A DNA stretch of 64,000 bases from an uncultured bacterium. Lineage in GTDB: Bacteria > Krumholzibacteriota > Krumholzibacteriia > JACNKJ01. The translations under genes and the position numbers were made by a program. Shown here piece by piece: positions 46,165-54,914 of the stretch; position 1 is the first letter of the stretch; every line of letters starts with the position of its first letter. The stretch spans positions 46,595 to 110,594 of the forward strand of contig CAZVHI010000005.1 in the NCBI GenBank assembly GCA_964627205.1, given 5' to 3'. Under the pieces are notes generated by a model. It did not search any database, was not told the origin of the DNA, and saw nothing but the letters and a program-made list of their open reading frames with translations.

Positions 46165-49029
46165 ATGCCGCCCACCGCGCTCCGCGCCGTCCCCTGGACG
46201 GGCCGCCTCCTGTGTCTGATGATCTGCTGCGGTCTCCTCGCATGCGCCGCCGTGCAGGCCGCGGCGCAGAGCTCGGGCGGAACCCTCACGGGCGTGATGA
46301 TCGACAAGGCCACGGGCGACCCGCTGGCCTATGGCAACGTCGTCCTGCTCGGTACCGACTATGGCGGCATGAGCCTGGACGACGGCACCTTCCTCGTCAC
46401 CAACATCCCCCCCGGCACCTACACGATCCGCGCCAGCTACATGGGCTACAAGATGGCCGAGAAGGCGCTGGTGCGCCTGCGCAACGGCACCGTCCTCGAG
46501 CTGGAGTTCGAGCTGGAGCCCACGGTGATCGAGTCGGAGACGATCACCGTCTATGGCGAGAAGCCCCTGGTGGACGTCACCGAGGCTTCGAGCATCAAAA
46601 GCCTGGCCGCGAGCGACATCGCCATGATGCCCGTGGAGACGGTGGAGGAGGTTGTGATCGCGCAGCCGGGCGTCGTGCAGCAGGACGACGAGATCCACAT
46701 CCGCGGCGGCCGCTCCGACGAGACCCTCGTGCTCGTCGACGGCGTGCCGATGAAGGACGCCCTGGCCGGCACGAGCAGCGCCAAGGGTATCGACTCGAAG
46801 TCCGTCGCCCAGATGGACCTGATCACCGGCGGCTGGCGTGCCGAGTTCGGCAACGCCATGGCGGGCGTCATCAACGTGACCCTCAAGGAAGGCGGCGAGA
46901 CCTTTAGCGGCTTCACCGAGTACGGCATCGACCACTTGCCCTTCGTCGGCACGGACTGGGAGCACTACTACACCGACACCTACAAATTCCAGTTCGGCGG
47001 GCCGATGCCCGGCAGCGGCACCTGGTTCCCCGGCGAGCGGCTGAGCTTCTTCAGCAACTTCTCCGGTCAGATCATGAATACGCGCTTCCCGAGCATCCGC
47101 AACATGCCGGGGGGCGAGGACCACGTGCAGATCCGCTACGAGGATAGCTTCCTGGGCATCCCCATCATCTGGAAGAGCCCCGACATCGCCCCGCGGCAGA
47201 ACAACAACTGGAACGTCATGGCGAAGGTGGCCTGGAAGCTGAACAAGGACCACAAGTTCACCCTGACCCTGACCAAGTACCTCGCCTTCGACCAGGGCTT
47301 CGACCGCCACGACATCAGCGACCTCACGCGGCAGAGCAACCGCTACCCCTACCGGTGGTCGCACTATCTCAACCACTACAGCGCCTTCCTCGAGGACCGC
47401 AACACGGCCGTGCTCAAGTACCGGCAGAACGTGTCGGGCAGCATGTTCCACGAGCTGCAGATCTCGCGCTTCTTCGTACGCATCCGGCAGGACTCGCAGA
47501 AAGAGGCCGTCGATGAGCTGCGTGACTACATCGCGCAGTACGCGCCCAGCGCACTCGACTGGCCCGACGCCGCCCAGGGCGAGTTCTGGGACTTCCATCC
47601 CTACTTCTATTTGAACGGGGACTACAACCAGTACCGGGACCGCTACACGGAGCGCTACGCGTTCAAGTGGGACATCACCAAGAAGTGGTACCCGCACCAC
47701 AAGGGGAAAGCCGGCTTCACGCTCGGCTACGAGAGCATCCAGAACATCGAGATCCGCGATCCCTGGATCCAGCGTGAAGACGGGCTTGGCCGCAAGGACA
47801 TCTTCCGTTCCTTTCCGACCACCGGGCACATCTACCTGCAGGACGACATCGAATACCAGGGCTTCGTTTCGAACGTCGGCCTGCGCACCGACATCTGGTT
47901 CCCGGGACAGTTGGCCGAAGGTGCCGCCCAGGCCGCCATCGACGGCACGGCCGGCGACCTCTTCACCGCCGAAGTGGGCCATGAGTACTTCCGAAGCACC
48001 AACAGCCTCTTCGGCAACCGCTACAAGTACACGATCAGCCCTCGCGTGGCGATCAGCTACCCGGTCACCGACAGGGACAACCTGTTCTTCAACTACGGGC
48101 ACTTCAGCCAGTGGCCCACCTACTACTACGTCTACACGCACGTGGCCAGCGGCGTGGAGGACCTCTTCGGCAACCTGGGCAACATCAATCTCGATCCCCA
48201 GATCACGATCCAGTACGAGCTGGGCGCGCGGCACAGCTTCAGCTACAACGTGGCCGGCGACCTGACGGTGTTCGTCCGCGACATCTTCAACTACCCGACG
48301 AGCGAGCGCTACACGGTGCAGTACTACGACCCGGTGGAGGGGAGCAAGGAGGCGACCTACTTCCTCTACCGCAACAGCGACTACTCGCGCAGCCGCGGCA
48401 TCGAGCTTTCTATACGCAAGCGGCGCGGGCGCTACTTCTCCGGGTCGGTCAACTACACCTTCTCCATCGCCACGGGCAAGAGCAGCGACCCGAACGCCCA
48501 GCGCGAGCTCTATGTCGGCGGCGCGACGGGCGAGGTCGAGCTGCAGGAGGGCTTCCTGTGGTGGAACCGGCCCCACCGCCTCACCGCCACCTGCGACTTC
48601 CGCGTACGCGACATCCGGGGCCCGGAGATCCTCGGCGTCCGGCTGCCCGGGCACTGGGGCTTCAACGCCTACTACAGCCTCTCCAGTGGCCGCGCCTACA
48701 CGCCGGAGGACACCACGGGCCAGCCCATCGGCGAGGACTACTCCCGCAACGGCCCCATCGAGCAGAACCTCAACATGAAGCTGCAGAAGTGGATCATCTG
48801 GGGCGACTACCGTATCGACCTCACCCTGCAGGGCTGGAACATCTTCAACTGGAGCCAGCCCCGGCACATCGACCCCATCACGGGTGATCACTACAAGGAG
48901 GGCTACGGCAGCTACGCAGCCCAGCTCACCGATCCCGACTCCCGGCTCTCGCGCTACCTCAGCCTCGCCGACCCCTCGCGCAACGGCAGCCCGCGCCGCT
49001 TCAAGCTCAGCCTGGGGGTGAACTTCTGA
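46165..49029 (+). CDS. TonB-dependent outer-membrane receptor, SusC/RagA-like (N-terminal CarbopepD_reg domain + plug + 22-strand barrel).
   Basis: Signal peptide, carboxypeptidase-regulatory-like domain (LTGVMIDKATGDPLAYGNVVLLGT...YTIRASYMGY), plug motif IHIRGGRSDETLVLVDGVP, and a C-terminal aromatic (F). The track ORF starts at 46099; ATG at 46165 follows RBS AAGGAAG. Confidence 0.85.
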   Translation: MPPTALRAVPWTGRLLCLMICCGLLACAAVQAAAQSSGGTLTGVMIDKATGDPLAYGNVVLLGTDYGGMSLDDGTFLVTNIPPGTYTIRASYMGYKMAEKALVRLRNGTVLELEFELEPTVIESETITVYGEKPLVDVTEASSIKSLAASDIAMMPVETVEEVVIAQPGVVQQDDEIHIRGGRSDETLVLVDGVPMKDALAGTSSAKGIDSKSVAQMDLITGGWRAEFGNAMAGVINVTLKEGGETFSGFTEYGIDHLPFVGTDWEHYYTDTYKFQFGGPMPGSGTWFPGERLSFFSNFSGQIMNTRFPSIRNMPGGEDHVQIRYEDSFLGIPIIWKSPDIAPRQNNNWNVMAKVAWKLNKDHKFTLTLTKYLAFDQGFDRHDISDLTRQSNRYPYRWSHYLNHYSAFLEDRNTAVLKYRQNVSGSMFHELQISRFFVRIRQDSQKEAVDELRDYIAQYAPSALDWPDAAQGEFWDFHPYFYLNGDYNQYRDRYTERYAFKWDITKKWYPHHKGKAGFTLGYESIQNIEIRDPWIQREDGLGRKDIFRSFPTTGHIYLQDDIEYQGFVSNVGLRTDIWFPGQLAEGAAQAAIDGTAGDLFTAEVGHEYFRSTNSLFGNRYKYTISPRVAISYPVTDRDNLFFNYGHFSQWPTYYYVYTHVASGVEDLFGNLGNINLDPQITIQYELGARHSFSYNVAGDLTVFVRDIFNYPTSERYTVQYYDPVEGSKEATYFLYRNSDYSRSRGIELSIRKRRGRYFSGSVNYTFSIATGKSSDPNAQRELYVGGATGEVELQEGFLWWNRPHRLTATCDFRVRDIRGPEILGVRLPGHWGFNAYYSLSSGRAYTPEDTTGQPIGEDYSRNGPIEQNLNMKLQKWIIWGDYRIDLTLQGWNIFNWSQPRHIDPITGDHYKEGYGSYAAQLTDPDSRLSRYLSLADPSRNGSPRRFKLSLGVNF

Positions 49030-50027
49030 TGCCGCCCCTACGCCGCATCCTCCCGCTCCTCGCCCTGCTCCTCCTGCTGGCCGGGCCCCTGCGCGCCGCC
49101 CAGGAGCTGGGCGCGCTGCGTGTGGCGACCAGCAGCGGTACATTCTTGAAAATCGGCATCGGCCCGCGGGCGGCGGCCATGGGCGGCGCCTGGTCGGCGA
49201 TCGCCGCCGACGCCACGGCCGCCTGGTACAATCCCGCCGGCCTGGGGCAGCTGCCCAACCGCCAGCTCTTCGCGGGCTACATCGCCTGGCCGGCGGGCAT
49301 CCACTATGGCAACTTCATCGTGGCCATGCCGATGGCGAGCCTGCGGGGCAACGTCGCCCTTCAGTTCGGCAACCTGTCGACGACACTCGACGAGACCGAC
49401 GAGTACCACCCCTACGGCACGGGGCGTCGCTTCGTCTATTCGGACTGGGTGCTGGGCGCGTCCTACGCGCGCTCGATGACCGACCAGCTCCTCTTGGGCC
49501 TGACCGTCAAGTACGTGCGCGAGGACCTCGGCTCGACGGTGGGGGGTCCCGTGATCAGCACCTGGGTGGTGGACGCGGGCACGCTCTACAGTATGGGCTT
49601 CCGAAACCTGCGCATCGGCATGAGCATCCAGAACTTCGGCCCCGACTTCAAGCCCGTGGGGAGCTACTGGAACCACGTCGAGGAGAAGGAGGAGGACTAC
49701 GAGGGCTTCCCGCCGCCGTCCGCCTTCAAGCTGGGGGTGGCCTTCGAGCCGTGGAAGAGCTACCCCTGGATCCTCACCCAGACCCTCGAGATGAACCATC
49801 TCGCCGACAACCAGGAGACGCTCGCCACGGGCCTCGAGCTGTCCTACATGGGCGGGCTCTTCGCCTTGCGCAGCGGCTACAACTTCATGGCCGACGAGAT
49901 GGGACTCGCGGCCGGCTTCGGCGCGACTTTCATGATGGGCTCGGCGCTGGCCGGGCTGGACTACTCCTACACGGACGGCAACTCGCTGGGGGGCATCCAT
50001 CGCTGGGCCCTCCGGCTGGACTTCTAG
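49029..50027 (+). CDS. FadL/PorV-like outer-membrane beta-barrel protein (possible T9SS-associated shuttle/PorP-PorV family).
   Basis: Signal peptide, then AAMGGAWSAIAADATAAWYNPAGLG (FadL/PorV-type N-terminal motif). C-terminal ...WALRLDF (aromatic terminus). Confidence 0.5.
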   Translation: MPPLRRILPLLALLLLLAGPLRAAQELGALRVATSSGTFLKIGIGPRAAAMGGAWSAIAADATAAWYNPAGLGQLPNRQLFAGYIAWPAGIHYGNFIVAMPMASLRGNVALQFGNLSTTLDETDEYHPYGTGRRFVYSDWVLGASYARSMTDQLLLGLTVKYVREDLGSTVGGPVISTWVVDAGTLYSMGFRNLRIGMSIQNFGPDFKPVGSYWNHVEEKEEDYEGFPPPSAFKLGVAFEPWKSYPWILTQTLEMNHLADNQETLATGLELSYMGGLFALRSGYNFMADEMGLAAGFGATFMMGSALAGLDYSYTDGNSLGGIHRWALRLDF

Positions 50028-50034
50028 GGGGGAG

Positions 50035-50973
50035 ATGCGCCGCGCGGTATGGCATCTACTGCTCTTCACCCTGCTGGCGGCGGCCTGCGGCGTGAAGCCC
50101 GAGCTGCCGAGCCAGATTCCCAGCACGGAGGTGCTGGGCGACGAGAGCTACACGCTGCCCTACTACTGGGTGATCGGCGGCGTGACGGACATGCTCGTGC
50201 ACCGCGGCACGCGCATCTTCTCGATCATCCAGGACGCCGACAGCGTGAGCATCTATCCCACCTACGCGCGCGGCGACACGCTGCCGAGCCACAAGCGCCT
50301 GTTCACGGGGCTCACTGCTCCGCGCCTGCTGGCCGACGGTAGCGACCACAAGTTCCGCCTCTGGGTCTACGACGACGGCGATGCCACGCTGAAGGGCTTC
50401 GACGGCGGCGAGTTCCTCGACACGCTGACGGTGGAGATCGCCCACAGCGATCCCGCCTGGCAGGACGTGGTGGCGGTCGCCGCGGACAACGAGGCGCGCG
50501 TCTTCGTGGCGGACCGGGCCGCCAACAAGATCTATCGCTACCGCGTGAGCGATCCGCCCGCGCCCGAGCTGGAGGCCGACGGCGAGATCCAGTGGGTATC
50601 TCAGCAGGCGGGGGCCACGGTGCGCGACCTGGCCTATTCCGCGGGCTGGCTCGTCCTGCTGGACGACGGGCTCGGCACGATCCAGCTTCTCGATCCGGCG
50701 AGCGAGCTCGATCCGGTCTTCGAGTACATGGACGGCGTGCTCGCCCAGCCGGAGGCCGTCACCGCGAACGAGGCGCACATCTTCGTGATGGACCGGGCCG
50801 ACACCACGATCTGGGAGATCGGTTGGGATCTCGAACCGGACGGCGCCCGCCGCGTGAACGAAGGCGCGAACCAGGTGCTGCGGAATCCCACGGCCTTCAC
50901 GGTGAACGAGAGCAAGGTCTACGTGGCTGACATCGAGCAGGGAAGGGTCTTCGACTATGAGAAGCGCCAGTAG
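50035..50973 (+). CDS. Lipoprotein with NHL/beta-propeller-like repeats.
   Basis: Lipobox LLAAAC. Repeated RVFVADRAANKIYRY, HIFVMDRADTTIWEI and KVYVADIEQGRVFDY blades. Confidence 0.55.
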   Translation: MRRAVWHLLLFTLLAAACGVKPELPSQIPSTEVLGDESYTLPYYWVIGGVTDMLVHRGTRIFSIIQDADSVSIYPTYARGDTLPSHKRLFTGLTAPRLLADGSDHKFRLWVYDDGDATLKGFDGGEFLDTLTVEIAHSDPAWQDVVAVAADNEARVFVADRAANKIYRYRVSDPPAPELEADGEIQWVSQQAGATVRDLAYSAGWLVLLDDGLGTIQLLDPASELDPVFEYMDGVLAQPEAVTANEAHIFVMDRADTTIWEIGWDLEPDGARRVNEGANQVLRNPTAFTVNESKVYVADIEQGRVFDYEKRQ

Positions 50974-53254
50974 ACGCAAAGCCGGCGGTCGCCGGCGTCT
51001 TCCGCTCGCCCTCTTGGCGCTGCCGGCGCTCCTGCTCGTCCTCGACGTCGGGCTCGGTGCGGGCCCGCGCTCCCACGACCTGCCGGCGGGCCTGCTGCCC
51101 GCGGAGCTGGGTCCCTTCTGGGCGGGCGAACGTGAGGACCTGCTGCTCGACTACGTCTTCAAGACGCAGAACGTGGGCAACATCGCGCTGGCGGTCTCGA
51201 ACCACGGTTTCCTGGGCAACAACTTCGCCACGCGCGACGCGTCGATGGAGTATCCCAAGGGCTCCGAGGTGGACCACCTGATCCGCGCGGGCATCTGGGT
51301 CGGGGGCATCAACGCGAACTTCGACACCCTGGTCACCACCGGCGTGCAGGACGGCTACTGGGGCAGCTACACGCGCCCGACCGAGTGGGTGCCGGTCTCG
51401 ATCCCGCCCGAGGAGCAGAACATGGGCTGGATCCGTGAGCGGAGCACGCTTCCGACGAGCCCCTACTACTCGCCCCAGGACGCCATCAGCGAGCAGGACT
51501 TCGTGACCGGCTTCCTCGACACGCTGGACCACCAGCGCACACCGTCGACGGGCAACGCGGACGACTGGCACAGCGCGAGCGGGCTGAACATCCTGCAGGA
51601 GAGCTTCGCCTGGAGCTACGAGCCGGCCGACGCGATGATCCTGCTCAAGTGGACCATGGTGCCCACCCAAACCCTGCTGAACGCGCACATCGGCATGTAC
51701 GCAGAGCTGACTACCGGTTGGAAGGGCCAGTATCCCATCGGCGATTGGCCGCCCAGCAGCGCGAACTGGTTCTACCACCACAACCTCTACTGGTTGGACG
51801 ACCTGCCTGACTACGCCGAGCTCAGCGAGGAGCCGTACAACATGGTGGCCGAGCACCACTGGACCTACGGCGACGGCCGCGCACCCCAGCACGCGGGCAT
51901 CAAGTTCCTCGGCGCGAAGTACAAGCCCTCGGGCGGCGAGTGGAGCGAGGACGTCTCGCAGGTCTCCTGGCGCTGGTGGGACTGGGAGCCCGGCAGCCTG
52001 GCACGGGACAACGACCACGAAAAGTATCCCATCATGGCCGAGCCGGGCGTCGATGACTGGACCGAGATCACACCGGCGCCGGACAGCTCCGGCGACAGCC
52101 CTGTGCAGCTGTTGAGCGTCGGGCCCTGGAATCTCTATCCGGGCGGCGAGGGGCAGGATCCCGACACTCTCGTCCTCTCCTGGGCGATGCTGGCCGGCGA
52201 CAGCTTCGAAGACCTCGTGGACAACGCCCTCTACGCGCAGACCGTCTACAGCTTCAACTTCACGGTGCCCACGCCGCCCCACTCGCCCCGCACCCGCGTG
52301 GAGTCGGACGAGAATCGGATCCGCGTGCTCTGGGAGGGGAGCCCCGAGCTCTCGGTGGACGCGGTGACCGGCGACTACGACTTCGAGGGCTACCGGATCT
52401 ACGTCGGCCGCAGCTCCGAGGAGGCGAGCTACGACCTGGTCAAGGAGTTCGACCTCGCGGAGATCCCCGCGAAGAATCCGCTCTTCGACGCCTACTTCAC
52501 CTCGACCTGGCTCCAGTCGGAGCTGGACGAGCATCCGGAGTGGGACAGCTTCCAGGACGTTCTCGACGACTGGTGGAGCCCCGGTGTCTACACCTGGCAC
52601 GAAGGCACGACGGCGCCCTTCCACGTGACCGAGCGCGATTCGGTGGGCTACAACACCGGCCTCGGCGGCGTCCTGATGGACGAGGAGGACTGGGTGGTCG
52701 AGGGCGAAGGGGCCGACAGCACGGTCTACAAGTACGAGTTCGTGCTGGAGAACGTCTCCGACGGCCATCACTACTGGATCTCCGTGACGAGTTTCGACCT
52801 CGGCAATCCGGAGACGCCGAGCCTCGAGAGCGGCGCCGGCCAGAACGTCCAGAGCGTCGTCCCCGGACGCAGCCCGGCGAGCGCCGCGGGGCAGAAGGTG
52901 ACGGTCTTCCCCAATCCCTACCGCGGCAGCGCGATCTGGGACAGCAACCGTGCCACGGGACGCTACGTCTGGTTCGCGGGATTGCCCGCCCGGGCGCAAA
53001 TCAAGGTGTTCACGCTCGCGGGCGACCTGGTGGCGGAGATCGACTTCGACAGCGAGACCTATACCGGTAGCAACGCCGCGGGTGTCTACCCGGGCGGCGA
53101 GGGCGCCCAGCCGCCCATCCTGCCGGGCACGATGGCGGCCTGGGACCTGCGCAGCCACAACGGCCAGCCCGTCGCCACGGGGCTCTATCTCTTCTCGGTC
53201 ACCGACGAGAGCACGGGCGAGACCCAGCAGGGCAAGTTCTTGGTGCTGAAGTGA
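50957..53254 (+). CDS. Large secreted protein with FN3-like region and C-terminal T9SS/FlgD-Ig-like sorting domain (putative T9SS cargo).
   Basis: Signal peptide. The C-terminal roughly 100 aa, KVTVFPNPYRG...GLYLFSVTDESTGETQQGKFLVLK, resembles Por_Secre_tail/FlgD_ig CTDs. Confidence 0.6.
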   Translation: MRSASRRKAGGRRRLPLALLALPALLLVLDVGLGAGPRSHDLPAGLLPAELGPFWAGEREDLLLDYVFKTQNVGNIALAVSNHGFLGNNFATRDASMEYPKGSEVDHLIRAGIWVGGINANFDTLVTTGVQDGYWGSYTRPTEWVPVSIPPEEQNMGWIRERSTLPTSPYYSPQDAISEQDFVTGFLDTLDHQRTPSTGNADDWHSASGLNILQESFAWSYEPADAMILLKWTMVPTQTLLNAHIGMYAELTTGWKGQYPIGDWPPSSANWFYHHNLYWLDDLPDYAELSEEPYNMVAEHHWTYGDGRAPQHAGIKFLGAKYKPSGGEWSEDVSQVSWRWWDWEPGSLARDNDHEKYPIMAEPGVDDWTEITPAPDSSGDSPVQLLSVGPWNLYPGGEGQDPDTLVLSWAMLAGDSFEDLVDNALYAQTVYSFNFTVPTPPHSPRTRVESDENRIRVLWEGSPELSVDAVTGDYDFEGYRIYVGRSSEEASYDLVKEFDLAEIPAKNPLFDAYFTSTWLQSELDEHPEWDSFQDVLDDWWSPGVYTWHEGTTAPFHVTERDSVGYNTGLGGVLMDEEDWVVEGEGADSTVYKYEFVLENVSDGHHYWISVTSFDLGNPETPSLESGAGQNVQSVVPGRSPASAAGQKVTVFPNPYRGSAIWDSNRATGRYVWFAGLPARAQIKVFTLAGDLVAEIDFDSETYTGSNAAGVYPGGEGAQPPILPGTMAAWDLRSHNGQPVATGLYLFSVTDESTGETQQGKFLVLK

Positions 53255-53283
53255 GCGCGCCCGGGAGGAAAGGGATTCGCAAC

Positions 53284-54840
53284 ATGCGTTCGATTGCCAC
53301 GACGATCCTGCTTGCTGCCTGTGCCGCGGCGCTGCTCTACGGCTGCACGGACGAGGGTAGCCTGTTGCCCAACCAACCGCCCGAGACCCTGCTGGTCGTG
53401 GACGACACCGAGCTCGACACCACCCACTACATCCAGACGCTCAGCTGGCACGGCGAGGACCACGACGGCGAGGTGCTGCGCTTCGAGTACAAGTGGACTC
53501 TCGCGGACGGCACGACCGCGGGCGACTTCGATACGACCTGGGTGGGGCTCGTCGAGCCCTTCGTCACCGTGACGCGCGACACCTTCTTCCTGCCTGTGCC
53601 CACTGTCTGGGCGGACACGCTGACTCATCACTTCCAGGTCCGCGCGGTGGACGACGAGGGCGCCGTCGACGCCACGCCGGCAAGCGCGCGGATCCGGGTC
53701 TTCAATCAGGCCCCGCGCCTCTACGCGATCGCGGGCGGTGACACGAGCAGCACGCTGGTGCTGCCCGAGAGCATCCTGCCCGTGCTGAGCTTCCAGTTCC
53801 GGGTCATCGATCCCGACAACCCCCTGCCGGACCAGGAGGACGCGGGCGCCTACATCGACGAGTTTCGCTTCTGGTTCGAGGACTCGCTGGACTACATGTC
53901 CCTGCCGCCCAGCGACACCCTGCTCACCGTGCGCCCCGAGGAGTTCGGCGAGCAGGTGGGGATGGAGCGGGAGTTCCACCTGCAGGCGGTGGACCTGGGC
54001 GGCGCCATGAGCAACGTACTCGCCGCGAGCACCTTCGTCCAGGACGTCACGAGCGCCCGTGTGCTCGTCCTCGACTCCGCGGATTCCTTCTCCCCCTCGG
54101 TGAGCATCGTCGATCCCTTCTGGCACGACGAGGTGGCAGGCCTGCTGCCCGCCGACGAGGTCTACCTGCACGATTTCGAGGCCGACGGGCCACTCGTCCA
54201 CCCCGACCACCTCCATCTTATCTTCTCTCTGTTCGAAGCGGTGCTGTGGTATAATGGTGGGGCGGGAAGCGCGGATAACACTAGCAGTAGCGAGCCCACG
54301 CCCGAAATCAGCGAGGCCGAGACTGGCCTGCGTGCCTATCTCGAAGGGGGGGGCAAGGTTCTGCTGTCGAGCTACAACCTGATCGGGGCCAGCGTCAGCC
54401 CGATCTCGGGCGGAAGCCTCTCGGCCGAGTTCGAGACGGAGGTGCTCCTCACCGACAGCCTCTTCGTGCACGTGTCGGGCACGCCGGACAATCTGCCGTC
54501 CTCCAACTGGCGAGTCTGGCCGCCGACAGCAGAGATCCCGGGCTTCCCGGCTGTAGGAACGGAGACCCTCCGCAACGCCACCGCTCTGCGGGGGATCGAC
54601 CGGATGTCCCTGCAGCCAACCGCTCTGGCAGACGGCGTGATCGAGGAGCTCTACTTTCTCCCGCAGGGCAGCTTCGATCCGCCCAGTGCCGACGAGGGCG
54701 GCTCGGTGGGTGTCCGTCGCTACTTCGATTCCGGCGGGGAGTTGGTCTTGCTCACCTTCCCGATCAGCCTCGCCGGGGGGTACGACAACAACCTGGAGCA
54801 GATGGAAAGATTCTTGACCGCTTTCGGAGTGACTCCATGA
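53284..54840 (+). CDS. Hypothetical lipoprotein (about 519 aa).
   Basis: Lipobox LLAACAAALLYGC, RBS GGGAGGAAAGGG. No recognizable catalytic motifs. Confidence 0.5.
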   Translation: MRSIATTILLAACAAALLYGCTDEGSLLPNQPPETLLVVDDTELDTTHYIQTLSWHGEDHDGEVLRFEYKWTLADGTTAGDFDTTWVGLVEPFVTVTRDTFFLPVPTVWADTLTHHFQVRAVDDEGAVDATPASARIRVFNQAPRLYAIAGGDTSSTLVLPESILPVLSFQFRVIDPDNPLPDQEDAGAYIDEFRFWFEDSLDYMSLPPSDTLLTVRPEEFGEQVGMEREFHLQAVDLGGAMSNVLAASTFVQDVTSARVLVLDSADSFSPSVSIVDPFWHDEVAGLLPADEVYLHDFEADGPLVHPDHLHLIFSLFEAVLWYNGGAGSADNTSSSEPTPEISEAETGLRAYLEGGGKVLLSSYNLIGASVSPISGGSLSAEFETEVLLTDSLFVHVSGTPDNLPSSNWRVWPPTAEIPGFPAVGTETLRNATALRGIDRMSLQPTALADGVIEELYFLPQGSFDPPSADEGGSVGVRRYFDSGGELVLLTFPISLAGGYDNNLEQMERFLTAFGVTP

Positions 54841-54914
54841 ATGAACGTGCCCGCGGGACCGCCCAGGGCCCACGGCATCAATCGGTCTTAATAGTTAGCC
54901 TTCAGGGGGCAGTG

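Noticed and set aside
45967-49143. 1058-aa ORF on the minus strand opposite the TonB-dependent receptor
   Set aside because: Antisense shadow frame. Low-complexity Ala/Gly/Arg/Val composition with no motifs. The plus-strand TBDR has plug and barrel signatures.
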